Assembly (NCBI GenBank): GCA_964457865.1 | Contig: CAYWHG010000001.1 | Coordinates: 54,193 to 118,192 of the forward strand | Source of the DNA: an uncultured Steroidobacter sp. | GTDB lineage: Bacteria > Pseudomonadota > Gammaproteobacteria > Steroidobacterales > Steroidobacteraceae | DNA length: 64,000 nt | Direction: 5' to 3' | Shown here: in pieces, positions 19,698 to 28,621 of the stretch | Layout of the letters: each line of letters starts with the position of its first letter | Position numbering within the stretch: position 1 is the stretch's first letter | Made by a program: the position numbers and the translations under genes | Notes under the pieces: model-generated | The model's input: only the letters and a program-made list of their open reading frames with translations | The model's database searches: none | What the model was told of the DNA's origin: nothing

Positions 19698-20501
19698 TTG
19701 AAACTCATCAGGTTCATTCACGGCCACACCCTTCGCGCCAACAATATCCGGCAGCACTACCTGCGCTTCGGTGGCGAAGGACATCCGTTGATTCTCATAC
19801 CGGGCATCATGACGCCTGCCCCCATCTGGGATTTCGTCGGCGATCGCCTCGGTGCTGCTTACGATACATACGTCACCGACGTTCGCGGGCGCGGTCTTTC
19901 CGAGACGGGTGATGAACTGGACTACAGCCTGGATGCCTACGCCGACGACGTCGCAGGTCTTGCCGATGCACTCGGATTCAGGAAATACAGCATCGTCGGT
20001 CATTCCATGGGCGCACGCATCGCGCTGCGCACAGCAAGCAAGTACGGCGACCCGATCGATCAGATCGTGATGATCGACCCGCCGGTCAGTGGACCGGGCA
20101 GACGGCGTTATCCTGTCCCGCTGGATCGCGTCGTCGACCGGCTCGCGAAGGCCAGGCGCGGCGAGCTGTGGGAAGCCACCAAGGACGAGCCATTCTGGAG
20201 TGATCACTCCAAACGTGTGCGCGCAGAGTGGACCCATACATGCAATGAAGTCGCGGTGCTCACCACGCATCGCAACTTCCACGAGGAAGACATCTTTCCC
20301 GACTTCAACAAAACGAAAGTCCGCACCTCCCTCATGGTGGCCACGCGAGGCGGCACGATCGAGCAGGCGGACATTGAGGACATCAAGACACGCATGCCGT
20401 CGATCACGGTCGACCACGTCGAGGCAGGACACATGATTCCGTTCGAGAATGAGGACGGTTTCTTCGCCAGCCTGGGTAGATTGCTGGGCACGAAAATCTG
20501 A
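19698..20501 (+). CDS. nicD: N-formylmaleamate deformylase-like alpha/beta hydrolase
   Basis: ANNIRQHYLRFGG, DVRGRGLS, GHSMGAR, DPPVSGPGRRRYP, RAEWTHTC and AGHMIP closely follow recalled P. putida NicD; TTG start after GGAGGA. Confidence 0.85.
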   Translation: MKLIRFIHGHTLRANNIRQHYLRFGGEGHPLILIPGIMTPAPIWDFVGDRLGAAYDTYVTDVRGRGLSETGDELDYSLDAYADDVAGLADALGFRKYSIVGHSMGARIALRTASKYGDPIDQIVMIDPPVSGPGRRRYPVPLDRVVDRLAKARRGELWEATKDEPFWSDHSKRVRAEWTHTCNEVAVLTTHRNFHEEDIFPDFNKTKVRTSLMVATRGGTIEQADIEDIKTRMPSITVDHVEAGHMIPFENEDGFFASLGRLLGTKI

Positions 20502-20521
20502 GCGTTGCGCGTTCTGGCGGA

Positions 20522-21169
20522 ATGAGCGAGACAGTGAGTTCAATGAATCTTCTTGATTTCAGTGATGCAAGCGATCTGGCATTGCTGGTCTGCGACCTGC
20601 AGAACGACTTCCTGCACCCCGACGGGATATACGCAAAATCGGGCATCGCCGCAGCACACGTCAGCGCGGTCACGCCTCGTGTCCGGCGCGTTGCCGATGC
20701 GGTACGACACGCCGGCGGAGTGGTAGTCGGGACCATGTTTACTCTGGTACCAGGTCGCGCGGGCGAGCCGCTCGTTGCGGCGCATCTCAAGCAGATGCGT
20801 CCCTTCTTGGATGAAGGTCATTTCGCGCCGGGCTCATGGGGTCAGGCAATGCTCGACGAACTGGGCCCCTTCGATGCCACGGTGGAGAAGATTGCCTACT
20901 CGGCCTTCTATCAGACTCGGCTCGAATGGCTTCTGCGCCGGCTTGCGGTCACCCGACTGGCAATTGCGGGTATCGTCACCCAGGGCGGGGTTGCATCAAC
21001 GCTTCGTGATGCGGCTGTCCGCGACTACTCAATCATTCTTCTTGAAGACGGCTGTGCCGCTTTCGACAACTCAATGCATCAGGCGGCCGTAACATCGCTG
21101 AGCGGTGCAGCGACAGTAATGTCCTGTGAGGCGCTTGCGCAGGGCCTTGCAGCCGCCGCCAGAGATTAG
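20522..21169 (+). CDS. Isochorismatase-family hydrolase lacking the nucleophilic Cys
   Basis: CDLQNDF (Asp) and EKIAYSAF (Lys) present, but GIVTQGGVAST has Gly at the usual Cys position. Confidence 0.85.
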   Translation: MSETVSSMNLLDFSDASDLALLVCDLQNDFLHPDGIYAKSGIAAAHVSAVTPRVRRVADAVRHAGGVVVGTMFTLVPGRAGEPLVAAHLKQMRPFLDEGHFAPGSWGQAMLDELGPFDATVEKIAYSAFYQTRLEWLLRRLAVTRLAIAGIVTQGGVASTLRDAAVRDYSIILLEDGCAAFDNSMHQAAVTSLSGAATVMSCEALAQGLAAAARD

Positions 21170-21255
21170 GCGGATTTCGCCGTGCAGTGTTGGCGAACGG
21201 CGAGGATCGAGTAGTTCAGCCATGGGAAGTCGGAAAAAAATGTCCACACGGTTTT

Positions 21256-22122
21256 ATGACTAAACGGAATTCATCGATGGGCAGTGCTCAACTGAGTGTG
21301 GTTCCGACGGACGAGCAGCGGCCAGTCAAACAGACGGCCGTGAGCAAGGCACGTCGCAACGGGCCCCGCTCGGTCACGCGGCTGCTCAATGTGCTGCGGG
21401 TTCTCGCGCTCTCTGAAGAAAGTGTGAGCCTTGCTCAGCTCAGTCTTGCTACGCGGACCCCGAAGACGAGCCTGCTCGCGTTGCTGCGTACGCTTGTCGA
21501 TGCCGGGTATATCGTGCAGCGAGAAGCCGGATACATGCTCGGTGCCGAGGCATTTGCGCTCGGTTCTGTGATCATTGGACAGCGCCGGCTCGCGCAACTG
21601 GCTCGACCAGTGTTGCAGAGACTGGCGGAGCAGAGCGGCGAGACCATCCTGCTCGCTGAACTCTCTGCGGACTCGACTCATGCGATCTACATCGACAAGG
21701 TCGAGAGCACTCGCGCGATTCGCTTCATCGCAAGTGTGGGCGAGCGTCGACCTCTCTATGGCTCGGCCTGTGGTCGCGCCCTTCTTGCCTTCCAGGACGA
21801 CGCATTTCGCAAGAACTATCTCTCCGGGACCAGGTTCATTCCGCTGAATCCGAACAAGAAGATGATGAGTCGCGGCGAGTTGGAGGGCATCATCAAGGAC
21901 ATCCGGAAGAACTCGCTCGCGACGACCAACGAGGATGTGAACGAAGGGGTGGTTGGCTTCGGCTCGCCAATCTTCGGGCGTGATGGCGAGACCGTGGCGG
22001 CGATCGCAATCGGGGCGCCTGTTGTTCGTGGATTGCAGCAGGCCAAGGTGATGTCACGCCTGGTGAAGGACGGCGCCCGGGAGATTTCGCGGACTCTGGG
22101 ATACATCGAGAAGGATGCCTAG
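21256..22122 (+). CDS. IclR-family transcriptional regulator
   Basis: N-terminal HTH (RSVTRLLNVLRVL..LSLATRTPKTSLLALLRTL), SACGRALLA and GFGSPIF..AAIAIGAP; start uncertain. Confidence 0.9.
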   Translation: MTKRNSSMGSAQLSVVPTDEQRPVKQTAVSKARRNGPRSVTRLLNVLRVLALSEESVSLAQLSLATRTPKTSLLALLRTLVDAGYIVQREAGYMLGAEAFALGSVIIGQRRLAQLARPVLQRLAEQSGETILLAELSADSTHAIYIDKVESTRAIRFIASVGERRPLYGSACGRALLAFQDDAFRKNYLSGTRFIPLNPNKKMMSRGELEGIIKDIRKNSLATTNEDVNEGVVGFGSPIFGRDGETVAAIAIGAPVVRGLQQAKVMSRLVKDGAREISRTLGYIEKDA

Positions 22123-22391
22123 GCCTGCCGGCGGCAAGAAGGTGGTCTGCAGTGCAGTAGAGATCGTGCCGGCCCAGCGTCGTCGTTCCCGGGTGGGGCT
22201 GGCATACATATATATGAGTGAGTCGCGGGCCCCCATCCTGCCGTCCGCCCCCCTTTCTCCTTCTCTGGCATCCGGGCGACCTTCCGTTGGGGGCGCTGTG
22301 GCGCAAGCCCGATAGTCCCTCGTCACGGCCACGCGGTATGAATCACCGGCCACCACAGACTCCGACCGTGCTGCTTGCCGGGTCAGCTGCA

Positions 22392-22417
22392 TTGACCCTA
22401 AGATCGCATATGTGAAC
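22392..22417 (+). promoter_or_regulatory. -35 (TTGACC) plus everted operator GATCGCATATGTGAAC
   Basis: Near-palindrome matching the sites at 36439, 36474, 50610 and 63366. Confidence 0.55.
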
Positions 22418-22538
22418 ATAGTGCGATTTTTGCATTTGCCTCATATCGACCCTCATACGCACTGCGCCCGGTCGTCAGGCGTAGCGTCCTTTCCGCACGG
22501 CGTTCGGTCACTCAACCGATAAGCATCGAGAACACGCA

Positions 22539-24044
22539 ATGAAGAATCGGCTTGTGACTATGCTTGTGCTTTCCGCAGTTGGTGCGGCGTCGTATCCATG
22601 TCATGCAGAGGGCGTAGCCGATTCATCCGGAGCTTCCGCGGCGGCTCCGCTGGCGCGACTCGATGAGTCGTTCGTTGTGTACCCGCTGCCCAAGGGGGCT
22701 GAAGCCTATGCGTCGATCGATGGCCGGAAGATGCACAAGTACGTCGTCGAACTGAGCGAGATCTCGCGACGTTTTCGCAACGACATCGACCCACACTATT
22801 GGGGACGCATTACCGGTACAGCCAGTGATGCGGCCACCGCAGAGTGGCTGGCTGCGAAATACCGATCGCTCGGATTGTCCGATGTACGCATCCAGTCTCT
22901 GGCGCTTCCCCCGCAATGGTTTCCAACTGACTGGGAGGCGACAATCAGCCCCGCCGGAGGCGAGACAATGAGTCTCAGTTCTGCGCAGCCGTTTCATGGA
23001 GCCAATCCGCTGCCCGCGAGTGGCGTGAAGACGGAGGCGGTGTATGGCGGGCTGGGTGCCGAGGCGGACTTCATGGGGAAGGACGTTCGCGGAAAGGCCG
23101 TGTTCGTCTACGGCATGCTTGGCGTCAAGAATGAAGGCGGCGTGCGACGCGCAGCTGAAAAAGGTGCCGCTGTAGTCTTCGACGTTTCCATGCTGCCGGG
23201 GAATATGCGTTTCCAGCAGTACCCATCGGGTACCGATGTTCCGGCGTTCTCCCTGGGCAATGACGATGGCCTCGCCGTACGAGCGATGATTGAGACCGCA
23301 GGCAATCAGCCTCCTGAGGTCAGGGTCACGCTCGGTACGCGGATGGTTCCTGATCTCAAGACCCATCTCATCTGGGGCTCCTTGCCGGGCGCTACCGACG
23401 AGACGATCTATGTCATCGCGCATACGGATGGCTGGTTCGATGCGGCGGGCGACAATGCATCCGGAGTTGCTTCGATGATCGGACTGGCCGAGCACTACGC
23501 CAGGATGCCGCGTGAAGCTCGACGTCGAACACTCGTCTTCGTCGGGCTCGATGGGCATCACAATGGTTCCGATGGGGGTGTCGGCCGGCGATGGATGGTG
23601 CAGAACAGGAGTCAGCTCTTTTCCAGGACTGCACTCATGATCAATGTCGAACATCCGTCCACCATCGCTACGCAGTCACGGCCTCGCTACCATCCTGAGG
23701 GCAAGATCGTCACCGCAAACACCTACATGCCGATGGTCTGGTATGGGGGCGGCAAGCAGCGCCCGCAGCTGGAAGAGAGCGTGCGAAGCGCATTCAGGGA
23801 ATTTGGTGTCCCGTTGGCACTCGATCCGAATATCAGGCCGCCAGCCGGTGATCTGGGTGTGTTCTACAAGTTTCTGCCCGGCGTCACCGTGAGTGAGTTC
23901 CACACTTACTTCCACACTGATCTGGAAACACCCGAGACGGTGCCATGGACCGGGCTGGAGGCATCCACGCGGGCCTTCGCGCGGATCATCGATCAAGTCA
24001 ACAAGTGGCCCTTGAGTGCACTGCAGAGACCGGAAGAGCAATAG
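22539..24044 (+). CDS. Secreted M28-family metallopeptidase-like protein with PA domain
   Basis: Sec-type signal, DVRGKAVFV (PA), AHTDGWF, AGDNASG and DGHH. Confidence 0.78.
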   Translation: MKNRLVTMLVLSAVGAASYPCHAEGVADSSGASAAAPLARLDESFVVYPLPKGAEAYASIDGRKMHKYVVELSEISRRFRNDIDPHYWGRITGTASDAATAEWLAAKYRSLGLSDVRIQSLALPPQWFPTDWEATISPAGGETMSLSSAQPFHGANPLPASGVKTEAVYGGLGAEADFMGKDVRGKAVFVYGMLGVKNEGGVRRAAEKGAAVVFDVSMLPGNMRFQQYPSGTDVPAFSLGNDDGLAVRAMIETAGNQPPEVRVTLGTRMVPDLKTHLIWGSLPGATDETIYVIAHTDGWFDAAGDNASGVASMIGLAEHYARMPREARRRTLVFVGLDGHHNGSDGGVGRRWMVQNRSQLFSRTALMINVEHPSTIATQSRPRYHPEGKIVTANTYMPMVWYGGGKQRPQLEESVRSAFREFGVPLALDPNIRPPAGDLGVFYKFLPGVTVSEFHTYFHTDLETPETVPWTGLEASTRAFARIIDQVNKWPLSALQRPEEQ

Positions 24045-24076
24045 GTGCAACGAGTCTGCGACTCTGAGGATGCCGC

Positions 24077-25069
24077 ATGTCGATCAGACGTCGGACGCTT
24101 CTGAAGAGTGTGGTTGCGGCTGGCGCGAGCGCCGCCGTCGGCGCTCCGCTGCGGGCGTCCACGGCGCCGCCCATCCTGCGCGTCCGCACTCGCGTGCTCG
24201 AGATTGCCTATACCGACAGTGGAGATCGCAACGGATTCCCGGTGATTCTTCTGCACGGGTTTCCCGATGACGCGCATGCCTATGATGATGTCGTGCCCAC
24301 GCTTGCGCGCGAGGGGCTGCGGCCGATTGCGGTCTGGCTCAGAGGATTCGCGCCGACCCGGTTTCTCGATCCGGACGCGCCTCGTACTGCGCAACAATCG
24401 GCCATCGCCCAGGACGTGATCGATCTTGCCGACGTCCTCGGTCTGCGCCGATTCATGCTTTGCGGCTATGACTGGGGCTGTCGGGCCGCCTGCATTGTCT
24501 CAGCCCTGCATCCCGAGCGCGTCCGCGCGGCTGTGTTGATCGGGGGCTATACGATCCAGAACACGATCACCATGAGTCCGCCGGGCAACCCCGCGCTGAT
24601 GAAGCAGGCCTGGTTTCAGTGGTACTTCAACACGCCGGTCGGCGCGCAGGCGCTCCAGTACAATCGGCGTGACCTGTGCAGGTTCCTCTGGCGCGAGTGG
24701 TCGCCATCCTGGTCGTTCTCCGAACGTACCTATGAAGAGACTGCGCGCTCCTTCGATAACCCGGATTTCACCGGCTGCGTCACGCACTCCTACCGGCATC
24801 GCAGCTTCAACGCGGCAGGCGAGGCGCGTTTCGAAAGCATGGAGCGGCAGCTGGCGATGCGACCCAGGATCGAAGTGCCCTCGATCCTTCTGCATGGAGG
24901 TGACTCGGGATTCGGTCCTCCTGCCTCGGAAATAACGTCGCAGCAGCGGTCGGATTTTCCGAGGCTGCTCACGCGTCGAATTGTGCGCGGCGCGGGTCAT
25001 TTCCTGCCGCGCGAAAACCCGACTGCCGTAGGCGACGCGATTCTGGAAGCGCACGCCGTATCTGCATGA
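24077..25069 (+). CDS. Tat-exported alpha/beta hydrolase (epoxide hydrolase-like)
   Basis: MSIRRRTLLKSVVAAGA, LLHGFPD, GYDWGCRAA and GAGHFLPRENP. Confidence 0.85.
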   Translation: MSIRRRTLLKSVVAAGASAAVGAPLRASTAPPILRVRTRVLEIAYTDSGDRNGFPVILLHGFPDDAHAYDDVVPTLAREGLRPIAVWLRGFAPTRFLDPDAPRTAQQSAIAQDVIDLADVLGLRRFMLCGYDWGCRAACIVSALHPERVRAAVLIGGYTIQNTITMSPPGNPALMKQAWFQWYFNTPVGAQALQYNRRDLCRFLWREWSPSWSFSERTYEETARSFDNPDFTGCVTHSYRHRSFNAAGEARFESMERQLAMRPRIEVPSILLHGGDSGFGPPASEITSQQRSDFPRLLTRRIVRGAGHFLPRENPTAVGDAILEAHAVSA

Positions 25070-26748
25070 GCCTCACGGACGGCGCCTCGAGCAAAGAATC
25101 CGGGGAGGTGCCTCAGCGCTCGTCCATATGGGCGCCGTTTCGCGTACCGATCTTCCGGTCCATGTGGATCAACAGCCTGTTCGCGAACCTGGGCGCCCTG
25201 ATTCAGACCGTTGCCGCCTCATGGATGATGCTGGCGATGACCAACTCCGCCGACATGGTCGCATTGGTGACCACTGCGGTCTCTCTGCCGCTGGTGTTGT
25301 TCTCCCTCGTCGCGGGCGCCATGGCGGACAGTCTCGATCGTCGCCAGGTGATGCTCGGGTCCCAGGTCTTCCTGTTTGTGATGTCGCTCGTGCTGTCAGC
25401 GTGCGCGTGGACCGGGGGACTTACGCCGTGGATGCTGCTGCTGCTGACATTCCTGCTCGGCAGCGGCGGTGCCTTCTACTACCCGGCGTCGCAGGCTGCT
25501 GTCGGTGACATGGTTCCGCGTGCGCAGCTGCCCAATGCCGTGGCGATCAACAGTACGGGATACAACCTTGCTCGCACCGGTGGTCCGGCGCTTGGGGGGA
25601 TCCTCGTTGCGATTGCTGGTGTGGCGGTGGCATTCATGGTGAACGCAGTGAGCAGAGTGGGGCTCGTGATTGTCCTGCTTCGCTGGCGCCCGTCGCTGGT
25701 TCCGCGCCTGTTGCCGCGCGAGCCGCTGGGGTCGGCCGTGGCCGCGGGAATAAGGTATGTGTGGATGTCTCCCGTGCTGCGTGCCGTCCTGGCGCGTGGC
25801 GCGGTGTTTGGCATCGGCGCCAGCGCCGTGACTGCGCTGATGCCGGTCGTCGCCAGGGATTCGATCGGCGGCGGTGCGCTTACGTACGGTCTGCTGTCGT
25901 GCGCTTTCGGTGTGGGCGCAGTGGGTGGTGGCATGTGCAATGAGATCATGAGGCGCATGCTGTCTACGGAAGGCGGTGTCCGCGTGGCAAGTATCGCCTG
26001 CGCGCTGGCGGCGACGGTCATCGGTCTGAGTTCAAGCCTGCTGCTTTCCATGTTCGCGATGATCATTGCCGGCATGGCATGGGTTCTTGCGTTGTCGACG
26101 TACAACGTCAGCGTGCAGCTGTCGGCGCCGCGCTGGGTCGTCGCCCGGGCGCTGTCGATCTATCAGATGGCAACGTACGGGGGCATGGCGCTCGGCAGCT
26201 GGGCGCTGGGCGTACTTGCCGATAGTCGGGGCGTCGCCGTCGGACTGATGGCTGCGGCGGGCGTGCTCGTGTTGAACGCGCTTCTGGGCCGCTGGCTGCC
26301 GCTCACGCAGACGGAGCATCTCAATCTCGATCCGCTGTGGCCCTCGCATGAGCCACAGACCACCGTGCCGGTCGACTACCGCACCGGGCCCGTCGTCGTC
26401 TCGGTCGAGTACAGGATTCGCAGGGAGGACGTTCTCGAGTTCCTCACGCTGATGGCGGAGCGCAGGAGAATCCGGCGCCGTGACGGTGCGCGCAACTGCG
26501 TCCTGTTGCGCGATGTCTCAGATCAGGAGATCTGGATCGAGCGCTACGAGACAGCGACGTGGCTTGAGTACATTCGCCACACCAGCCGCATGACCCACGA
26601 TGACGCAGGGGTATTTCAGCGCCTGCGCGCATTGCATCAAGGGGCGGGCGCTCCGGTCATCCGGCGGCTGCTGGAGCAGCAGTCCGGATCGCCCTCGTAT
26701 GCGGAAGCGTCCGTGCCGATCGCGCCGGTTGGTGAACATTCGGCGTAG
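25066..26748 (+). CDS. MFS transporter (MFS_3/DUF894 type with soluble C-terminal domain)
   Basis: AGAMADSLDRR, NLARTGGPALGG, about 12 TM segments and C-terminal RRIRRRDGAR domain. Confidence 0.88.
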   Translation: MSLTDGASSKESGEVPQRSSIWAPFRVPIFRSMWINSLFANLGALIQTVAASWMMLAMTNSADMVALVTTAVSLPLVLFSLVAGAMADSLDRRQVMLGSQVFLFVMSLVLSACAWTGGLTPWMLLLLTFLLGSGGAFYYPASQAAVGDMVPRAQLPNAVAINSTGYNLARTGGPALGGILVAIAGVAVAFMVNAVSRVGLVIVLLRWRPSLVPRLLPREPLGSAVAAGIRYVWMSPVLRAVLARGAVFGIGASAVTALMPVVARDSIGGGALTYGLLSCAFGVGAVGGGMCNEIMRRMLSTEGGVRVASIACALAATVIGLSSSLLLSMFAMIIAGMAWVLALSTYNVSVQLSAPRWVVARALSIYQMATYGGMALGSWALGVLADSRGVAVGLMAAAGVLVLNALLGRWLPLTQTEHLNLDPLWPSHEPQTTVPVDYRTGPVVVSVEYRIRREDVLEFLTLMAERRRIRRRDGARNCVLLRDVSDQEIWIERYETATWLEYIRHTSRMTHDDAGVFQRLRALHQGAGAPVIRRLLEQQSGSPSYAEASVPIAPVGEHSA

Positions 26749-26839
26749 CGGTGATGCGGACCCGGGTGGGTGATCAGTCGCAAATGGGAACGGCAGGATG
26801 CTCTGCGCAGCTCCGGCTCGCGCATCACTTGCTGCAATC

Positions 26840-26904
26840 TTGACGCGACCAGTTATCAAGAACAGAATGATGTTCTCCTATTGGCACGATTCGCATATGA
26901 GGCC
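26840..26904 (+). promoter_or_regulatory. Promoter of the DUF1592 operon with weak operator-like matches
   Basis: TTGACG-N17-CAGAAT. AACAGAATGATGTTCTCCT (26861-26879, 13/19 to the 19356 site) and ATTCGCATATGAGG (from 26889) share half-sites with the regulon motif. Confidence 0.45.
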
Positions 26905-26908
26905 AGTG

Positions 26909-28621
26909 ATGCTCAAAAGCGTCAGTCGACGTACTGCATGGATCCTGGGTGCGGCGGCAATCTGCGCCACTGCAATCATCGTGTTCTTCCTCGTTCCGTC
27001 TCCCGGTTACAAGGGCGAGATCCGCGGCACCGAGCCGAGGATGCGTCTGATCACGCAGGATCAGTACATCAATACGCTGACCTACATCTTCGGACCGAAT
27101 CTGCGTATCGACGCGCGTTTTGCGCCAATGACTCGTCGCGAAGGCCTGCTGGCCAACGGCGCTGCCGTTGCAACGCTGGATGCGGGGAAACTCGATCAGT
27201 TTCGGCGCACGGCAACGCAGATCGCGGCAGCAGTCACCGAGGAAGGAGCGCGCGACTTCCTGATTCCATGCAGACCCCAGAATGAGCGATCGGCCGACGA
27301 CGCCTGTGCGGCGCAGTTCCTGTCATCTGTGGGGCGGCTGCTCTACCGGCGACCGATGAGTGAGCAGCAGCTGGCTTCACTGGTGGAGAAGGCGGGTACC
27401 GCAGCCGATCAACTTGGAGGGTTCTATCCGGGACTCGCCATCGCACTGGAAGGCATGTTGATCAGTCCGGAGTTCCTGTTCATTGCCGACACCTATGAAG
27501 CGGACCCGGACAACAAAGGAAAATTCCGCTTCGACGCTTACTCCGTCGCGCAGCGGTTGAGTTTCCTGCTGTGGGATGCCGGCCCGGACGAGGCGCTGCT
27601 TCGTGCTGCCGAAACGGGTGAGATCCAGACGCGGCGAGGGCGCGAGCAGATTGTGGACATGATGCTCGCCAGTCCGCGCCTTGAGGTCGGTGTACGCGCA
27701 TTCTTCGATGATCTGATGGACTTCGAGGTGTTCGACACCTTGTTCAAGGATCCCCAGATCTACCCGTCGATCACTGGCGCCACGATTGTCGATGCACGTG
27801 AGCAGACGCTGCGAACCATCGTTGACCATCTGGTCACGAAGGACCGGAGCTATCTCGATCTATTCACGACGCGCGAGACGTTCATCTCTCCGGCACTTGC
27901 GGTGGTTTATGGTACGCCGGCGGTGCAGGGCTGGACTGAGTACGAGTTTCCGGAGAACTCAGGGCGGTCAGGCATTCTGACGCACGTGAGCTTTCTGACC
28001 AGCCACTCGCACCCTGGGCGCAGTTCTCCGACGCGACGCGGCAAGGCCGTGCGGGAACTCTTCCTCTGCCAGACCGTGCCGAATGCGCCGCCGGATGTGG
28101 ACTTCTCCGCTCTGAACAATCCGAATCCGGCGCATCGAACCCAGCGTGATCGGGTGCAGGCTCATCTGGAGAATCCAGTCTGCGCGGGTTGCCACAAGAT
28201 CACGGATCCGATCGGTCTGACGATGGAGCTGTTCGATGGAGGCGGTGTGTATCGCATTGCCGAGCGTGGTGCACCCATTGATGCCTCCGGCGATCTCGAC
28301 GGCAAGCCGTTCAGCGATACGGTGGGTCTCGCGCATGCGCTGCACGACAATCCGGCCTTGCCGAGTTGCCTCGTGCGGCGTGTCTACGCCTATGCAACGG
28401 GCGGGCCCACCACGCATGACGACGGCCCCTATCTCGACTATCTGGCGCAGCGCTTCGGGGAGGAGGGTTACCGGGTTCCGGAATTGCTTCGCGCCATTGC
28501 GTTGAGTCCCGCCTACTCGCAGGCCCGTGCGACGCAACTGGTGGATGGCGACGAGCAGCAGTCCAGTGAGACGGGTCATCTGACGGCAAGTACCTCGAGC
28601 ATTGGGAGTCGCAATGAGTAA
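26909..28621 (+). CDS. DUF1587/1595/1592/1588/1585-type membrane-anchored protein with one c-type heme motif
   Basis: N-terminal TM; RLITQDQYINTL, LLYRRP, LISPEFLF, AQRLSFLLWDAGPD, RSGILT..SSPTRRGKAVRELFLC, CAGCH and IDASG. Confidence 0.85.
   Translation: MLKSVSRRTAWILGAAAICATAIIVFFLVPSPGYKGEIRGTEPRMRLITQDQYINTLTYIFGPNLRIDARFAPMTRREGLLANGAAVATLDAGKLDQFRRTATQIAAAVTEEGARDFLIPCRPQNERSADDACAAQFLSSVGRLLYRRPMSEQQLASLVEKAGTAADQLGGFYPGLAIALEGMLISPEFLFIADTYEADPDNKGKFRFDAYSVAQRLSFLLWDAGPDEALLRAAETGEIQTRRGREQIVDMMLASPRLEVGVRAFFDDLMDFEVFDTLFKDPQIYPSITGATIVDAREQTLRTIVDHLVTKDRSYLDLFTTRETFISPALAVVYGTPAVQGWTEYEFPENSGRSGILTHVSFLTSHSHPGRSSPTRRGKAVRELFLCQTVPNAPPDVDFSALNNPNPAHRTQRDRVQAHLENPVCAGCHKITDPIGLTMELFDGGGVYRIAERGAPIDASGDLDGKPFSDTVGLAHALHDNPALPSCLVRRVYAYATGGPTTHDDGPYLDYLAQRFGEEGYRVPELLRAIALSPAYSQARATQLVDGDEQQSSETGHLTASTSSIGSRNE

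Noticed and set aside
22123-22390. tRNA or structured RNA after iclR
   Set aside because: No cloverleaf, T-loop or CCA pattern seen; only a short ATATAT run and a pyrimidine tract.
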